From assembly GCF_009914755.1 (NCBI RefSeq), contig NC_060937.1: DNA of 64,000 nt; one strand, 5' to 3'. Every line of letters begins with the position of its first letter. Position 1 is the stretch's first letter. The notes beneath the pieces are model-generated. The model worked only from the letters and a program-made list of their open reading frames with translations. It was not told the DNA's origin and did no database searches. Both the position numbers and the translations under genes were made by a program. This stretch comes from the human T2T-CHM13v2.0 reference genome, Homo sapiens. Positions 56,551-64,000 of this stretch are shown here, one piece after another.

Positions 56551-57110
56551 CTCCAAACTCTTGGATTTTTTAATGTACTTAAATATATAGACCAATTATT
56601 TTTTCCCCACTCATTTTGCTTTCTTGCAAATTGAATTGTTTATCATTTTTGATTCAATACTTGAAAACTCTTCCAGAATAGTTAAATTGCATGAATCCAC
56701 ATGGTATTCTTATAGATGAGCCAATTTTTTAAGGAAAATAAAGTTAAAATATTAATCAAGAGCCATATTTTCTCTTCAAGTACAGTTTCATTGCTATTAT
56801 TTGTTTTGATTATAAATCATTCTTACTAATTATATATGAATTTTATATCACTTTTCCTAGAGTTTGTTAGATAAATTCAGATTTATCTGGATTGCTGTTG
56901 CTATCCTTTCTCTTTTTTGCTTCAAGTATATATGTACATACTTATTTTTAGTGACTAGGATTATATTTACTTTTCCTCACTAATTTCTTATTTAAGCTTA
57001 TTAAGTATATATATATTAAGTATATAGTTCATATGTTCTCTAATGAGACTCATGTTCACTCTGGCATTTTTTATTGGCTTATTATATGTTTTGTTCAAAC
57101 ATTTATTTAT

Positions 57111-57560
57111 TGTCAGGAAAGAAGTCCCATGCTCATAATGGACATCAAGGAGTAAACCTTCTGCAACTCCTTAAATGCCAAAGCTAGATAATAATCTAAA
57201 TGAGGCAGTTTGTTATTTACAGCACAGCAAGAGCATCAACAGGGCAGTACCGGTTTCCTTGGCCCCAAATCCAACAGGCCACGCAATGAGCCCAGTGGGC
57301 AGCGGTTGGTGTTGCAGAAGAGGAACACAGGGCCAAGGACTCAGCACCTTTTATAGCAAGCAGGAAGCGAGCCAGATCCTTCTCCCACTTGGGGAGCAAC
57401 AAGACACAACATAATCACATTGTGGTTGCCTTGACTACTTTATTTGCCTGTGTGATTAACTATGGAAACTGCTCAGCATTAGAGGACAGCCAGGCCTTGG
57501 CACAGTAGGCAAGGACATGAAGAGACCCTCAGGGCCCATGGTAGACTGCCTTTCTCAACA
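57111..57560 (-). mobile_element. 3' LTR of an ancient ERV-L-class provirus (MER54/LTR53/MER74 group)
   Basis: TG...CA ends; minus strand tgttgagaaaggcagtctaccatgggccctgag...tgcttgctataaaagg; homologous to 60828-61290; PPT-like ggccaatgagtagat precedes it on minus. Confidence 0.8.
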
Positions 57561-57599
57561 ATCTACTCATTGGCCTTATATATTCCTGGCCAAACTCAA

Positions 57600-58660
57600 A
57601 TTTTTCACATTAGAGATACTATCAACAAAATGTTGGTCAGCAGGATGAAGCCCATCTGCCGTATTGGCCTTAGCCATATACCATAGCATCCCTGGCTCAG
57701 CCTACTTAATAAGTCCCAGGGGGAACAAGCAGTTCTCATTTCAGATAACCATTTAGCTTCATTTCCTATGACATAGAGTGTTCCATATGACTAGCGTTAA
57801 TCCAAACACAACACAGGGCGTAGGTGACTATGCACGCTCTTCCATATTCAGCCAGGATGCAGTCTAAGGGGCAGTCTCTTATCCATTATGATCCATACAA
57901 GGGAGTTTTCACTGGCCTGATGATCTTCTAGGGTTTGTGCTGTTTCATTAGCTGTAGTAACTGAGTTTAAGGATGGGTTCCTGATGACTGCCTCTCTGAA
58001 TTTCACTCCTAGGGAACAGTACCTAAACTGCTGTATGGAATAAGGAGTCAGTATATTCCTGGTACAGCAGCCCTCTTTATTCTGTGTCTTCATAAAAGAA
58101 ATGTAGAGCAAGGGGTGGTGTCAGTGTCAATAATTACAGAAGACAATAAATGGGCCAAAAATTAACCTCTTTCTCCAGTGGCAGATGTTCCATGGCCTAC
58201 TCTCCTTCACATGTAAACATATGACTCATAAAGGCACAGGTCACTCCAATTCAGGATTTGTTCTTTAACTTGACTGGGATCACTGTTACATGGGTTTGGT
58301 TAAGTTTCATGGGCACTGTCACCATGTAGTTACAGACTGGATTGCCATATGTGGCATAACCCAAAGTTGCTTGGGCCTTAGGAGACACACATGAGTTCTT
58401 ACCAGTCATATTGAAATAAGGTGTGACAGTCCATGTGTTTGTCATTTGGGAGAGAAGAGGTCCACATTTGGAGCTGTTCACAAAAGTGTGAAACACAGCA
58501 AAAAAATTATTGGATAGTCATGCCCACATGAATTTTTCTGTTCTCATAGCATGTGGAAGATGACAACAAACCCAGTAGTGAGTCATATTGCTGGCACAGC
58601 TGCTGCTTGACTCAAGAAGACCATATGATTGTTGCCAGGTGGGGCTAGATCTAGGGGACA
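57600..58660 (-). pseudogene. Degenerate gamma-type retroviral env (SU-TM)
   Basis: Manual minus-strand translation: NMTHYWVCCHLP (decayed CWxC, 58577-58566), RIKR (58083-58072), IRNPS...ANETAQTLE...NSLVWIIMDKRLP/LDCILAE (ISD-like, frameshifted), C-IVTYAL-CC (57834-57808), EAKWL...WDLLS. Confidence 0.85.
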
Positions 58661-59199
58661 AGTGAGGGACATTAAATGTTCTTTCCTCTCAACATTTCTC
58701 AGGGTCTAAGATCTTCCCTCCTTAGATGCCAGAGTTGTTTTTTTTCCTCCCTCACAGTCACAAAGTTTGTCCTACGGAAATAGCTGCAACTTCTTCCTTT
58801 GCTCAGTCCAGTGGGTTGGGTGTCATCAGGGCTGGGGAAAAGTGATAGAACTTGTAATGACCTGTGATGTCCCTATCATTGTCCAAGTGGGCCAATGGAG
58901 AGGTAATGTAGGGTTTACATATTCTATCAGCTGCTTATGCTCATAGTCTGTGAGCTGTCATACTCAGTAACTGAAATCAGGTGTAGTTCAGGCAACAGGT
59001 TGGAATCACCCACTTCATATTGTTTAATTGCTACCTTAAAATAAAACTTATTGGGCCCCCAGACACTAGAATCAATGGGAAAAAAGAAGTTGGGTATTCT
59101 CAGAATCACAGATATGGAGATCTGGTCTCTACATTCCATTTCCTCTCTTCCCTTTAGTCCTGATTTTCCTAAGCAATAATTTCAAAGGGCTTGTTTCTT

Positions 59200-59620
59200 T
59201 GTCAGAAACAGCTGCACTTAATGTCCTTACTGTCTAAGATGTTGTTTACAATGCTGACAACATGTTCTGTCAAGCAGTCTTTTTCAGTCAACTATTTAAA
59301 TGTCTATTCTATCTCTTGATGATGCCAGCAGCCTCAGGATTGTAAGTGTCTGAAATGTGTATTGAATACCACGTCCATTTGCCCACTCTTAGGTGCCTTT
59401 TGCTGTGAGGATGCCATAGTCTTATTGTGAATATCTTGGCTCTCTCAAAAACATGGCATAGCTTTGTCTCAAATGTCACCCTGGTGTGGCCATAGCTGGA
59501 AAACTGTCAATGGGCTATTATACACCAGTGGTAGGAGTGAGTTAGCAGCAGAGTAACTGTGAGTCTATTGCGATGAGTGGACAGGGGACTTGAACTACGT
59601 ACCCTCACTGGGGTGTAAGA
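59200..59620 (-). pseudogene. Degenerate retroviral integrase core, ERV-L-like
   Basis: Minus strand LIAIDS...EWANGRGIQYTF...YNPEAAGIIKR*NR, resembling WA..GI.W.FH.PY.PQAAG.IER.NG. Confidence 0.7.
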
Positions 59621-59799
59621 CTTTTGATCCTTTTGGGGACAGAGAGACCAGACTCATCCTGAGTCTTCCTTCTCTTAAAACTCTACCAAATCAGACTTCA
59701 GGAGTGCAGGGTCAGGCAGTGGAGGTACTGAAAGAATAGTTGGTTCTAAGGAAGCCACCCCACTTTTTGACTTCCTCTAGTAGAGTATCATTGATCTCC

Positions 59800-60780
<981 letters not shown>

Positions 60781-60827
60781 TTTTTTTTTTTTTTCCAGAA
60801 TGTCATTGTCCGTCTTGACACCCAACT

Positions 60828-61290
60828 TGTTATTTGAGAAGATCTCCACCCTCATAGAAGATAGCAAAGCCATTGCTCCATAAATACAAGAATAGACAAG
60901 ACACTGTGGATCAGAGAAAGACAGCTTATTACGCACAGTACAGCAAACAGCAGGCACATCAACATGGTAGTGCCAGGTTCCCAGTCTCTGAGTCTCATAG
61001 GGCATCGTGATGGGCCCAAGCAAGGGCTAGGCATGCAGTAGATTGTGACACAAGAGGAACATGGGTCAAACGCTCAGCACCTTTTGTAGGAAGCAGCAAA
61101 CAAATCAGTTTCCCTCCTTTCATGAGCTCATGGTCTCACAGTGGTCACACTCTGGCCACCCTGACCTACTTGATTGCCTGTGTGACTAGTTAGAGTAGTT
61201 GCTCTGGGGACAGTCAGGCCTTGCAGTTCAGCACACTTAGCAAGACTGCGTGGGGCACTCAGGACCCACAGCAGGTTTCCTGTCCTAACA
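60828..61290 (-). mobile_element. 5' LTR of the same provirus
   Basis: Shares aagaggaaca...ctcagcacctttt.tag.aagcag and ttgcctgtgtga with 57111-57560; outer flanks tttat/cttac are a possible decayed 5-bp TSD. Confidence 0.8.
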
Positions 61291-62513
61291 CTTACACATC
61301 CATATTTTTGAAAACATGGAATTGTTTACAATTGAAAAAAATATCAAATTTTAGAGGACTTTTTGTATGATAAATATAGAGAGTGAATCTGCATGTGATT
61401 GTTCCCAGACCAGGTACCAAGAGCAGCACCCATATTGATGAGCAGGTAGGACAGAGTGGGTAAAAGATGTTCTTAAAAGGAAATCTTACTATCTTTTCTT
61501 ATATTCTCTTACCACCTTTCCCACCTGCCGGATGACAAATGTGGAAAAGTTATCTGAATTTTTTTTTAACCCTAGGGAGCTTAGAAGCATTGTTACAGTT
61601 ATGCCATTGCTTACTTGGACTATTGCAATATCACTTGGCTAACGTTTTTCTAGACCTGCTGCACACAAACTCTGGTTTTATTTTCCCCAGGCACTTCTCT
61701 CAGCCACTCTCCCATTTGTTGATTTCCTGTTGTCTTTGAGGGAACCATCCAGACTCCAGACCCGAACCTTCAATGTCCTCTGTGAAACTAATCAACATCC
61801 CTAGCTTCTCCTCTTTAGAACAAGAGAGAAGCATTCATTATTCCCAATAAGTTTCTATTTCAGTTTATTTAATTAACTAGAAATTAATTGCACTTACCTT
61901 CTTTTCACTTCCTCAAATTATAATTACCTTCTAAGGCCCAGCACAGGCTTCACTTCATGAGCATTTCCACAACTAACATGAAAACTCACTTTTCTAAGTT
62001 ACTTTCCTAGCTGACACTTACTATAACTTTGCAACTCTATCGCCCCACTTGCCAAGTAGATTGCAAAGTTCCTGCAGATTGTGTATTCTGTTTGCCAATG
62101 AATTGTCTTAAGTACGTATTCACTGTTGAATGGATATTTTTTCTTTCAATAATATTTGAAGAGTTTCTGATGAGATTATCATAGTTATTTCTTGGTGATG
62201 TCAATTTCATTTAAAAACAAAAGCAAATTCTATCTCACTTTAAGTCGAGTATCTTAGGACAATTTTTGACCTTTGATTTAGTGGATTTTCATATGTTAAT
62301 TCTTCCTAGGATAGCCGCCTTATAGTATCTTAAATTTTCCCCACATATCTTCTCTGAGGATTAAATCCCCAGTCATTCCAAACTAGATTCACCTGTTCCT
62401 TAATGATTTAATTAATTATGTCATACTCATTCTTGCTTTAGGAGCGACTCTCAAAACTAATAGGTACAGCAAAAAGGAAAGGAGATGAGCTATAGGAAGA
62501 ACTCCAAAACTGA

Positions 62514-62677
62514 TTTTTTTTTTTTTGAGACAGAGTCTCACTTTGTTGCCCAGGTTGGAGTGTAGTGGTGCGATCTTGGCTCACTGCAAGCTCCGCCTCC
62601 TGGGTTCAAGCGATTCTCTTGCCTCAGCCTCCTGAGTAGCTGGGACTACAGGGGCCCACCACCATGCCCAGCTAATA

Positions 62678-62736
<59 letters not shown>

Positions 62737-62855
62737 AAGTAGAGGCAGGGTTTCACCACGTTGGCCAGGCTGGTCTCGAATGCCTGACCTCATGATCTGC
62801 CCGCCTCGGCCTCCCAAAGTGCTGGGCTTACAGGCATGAGCCACTGTGCCCGGCC
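62514..62855 (-). mobile_element. AluS with (GT)27 in the linker
   Basis: TSD ccaaaactga (62504-62513 / 62856-62865). Confidence 0.95.
62681..62734. repeat. Perfect (GT)27 microsatellite
   Basis: 54 bp of uninterrupted GT. Confidence 0.98.
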
Positions 62856-64000
62856 CCAAAACTGAATTGAATGTCGCTAAATTAAGATTGTATATTGCAG
62901 CGGCTACACGAGTAGTGACTATCGTGCTGTGCAATAACCCTGCCTCATTGATTACTTTGACCAAACAATGTTTTTGAAAAAACATGTTCAGTATGAACTT
63001 CCTATGTGCATTTTTTTCATGAAATGTAAAAAATGAATATTTTTTTCTGTTGTCAACATTAGGTACCCTCAAGTGTTTACTTCAGAGAGAGAAAAATAGC
63101 TTGTTCATGGAGTTCAGAGTTGCCTGATCCCTCAGGAGCCCTGACATTTTTTAAAAAATGATCTTCCAATGCCCTAATATCTCTAGGACAACAGTAAAAA
63201 ATATAGACTGTGCACCATCAACAAATCCAAAAATATTTATAGATCCTCTGTCCCCACACAGGAGAGAAGAAAAAGGCTATCTGTGGAGATTAAGATTTAC
63301 TAAAGTGAAGATGAGGAGTGGAGTGGCAAGGAAAGAGATCCTGCCAGTTTGCAATATCTCAGGGAACAAGAATAGACACCTGCGTGGAGTGTTGTGGGGA
63401 GGTGGCGTAGGGGCTGGGGAGTATCTCATAGCAACTTCATGAGGCATTTCTAGCCCCAGAAGAGGCTGGAATGATCAGAAGAGGGTGGATTGGCTGAAAT
63501 AAGGTCATCCTTCCTTAAATGTTACAGTACCAATACTAATACATTAATGTAAGTTAACTGTTAAAACTGAATTAATTTATATAAATGCCATAACTTATAT
63601 AAATGCCTCTGACCCGAGGTGTCAAAGTATTTAAGCAACAAGTAAAACATGACCATTGACCAATCAGGACCCTGGTTATGGGGCAGTCAGGTGTTCAGCC
63701 TGGAGTTTTGGGATCCTCGAAATGTCAGAGTGGTTCCAAGGGAGGGGAATGGGGATACTTAAAGGGTAGTGGACAGTGGCTCTTTATGAACTTTTATGAG
63801 AACATTTCAATACATTATAACACCATACAGCTGTACTAGTGCACACTGGCTGAATATTAATCATGTCTGACTCCAAAATTCTCTCTCCAGGATTTTTTTT
63901 TTTAGGTGAAACGAGCCCAAATATTGTAAAAGGTGATAATGGTGATAGTTACTATGATAGTAACAGTGAGAACAATGTATATATTCCATAAGGGATGGCT

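Noticed and set aside
62581-63072. 163-aa ORF with a THTHTH repeat
   Set aside because: Read-through of an Alu and the (GT)27 tract.

Overview
Primate (human-like) non-coding genomic DNA, AT-rich and dominated by transposable-element remnants. I recognise no protein-coding gene: the long ORFs in the track fall in Alu, L1, LTR12C or THE1 sequence, and the short ones in unique DNA match no protein I know. Highlights are (i) a decayed minus-strand provirus (57111-61290) with class III (ERV-L-like) LTRs, gag and integrase but a gamma-type env remnant (furin site RIKR, ISD-like segment, CX6CC); (ii) a multi-level nested insertion stack at 27185-41262 (MER4-group LTR > near full-length L1MA2-like > LTR12C, Alus, L1PA with a 3' transduction, piggyBac MER75 > complete THE1 provirus); (iii) an internally deleted 7SK retrocopy abutting an L1MC fragment, with three copies of the same target site; and (iv) several small template-switch-like duplications and inverted repeats. 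Subfamily names come from my recall of consensus sequences and need RepeatMasker/Dfam confirmation. Boundaries backed by target-site duplications (TSDs) are read directly from the sequence; the others are approximate.
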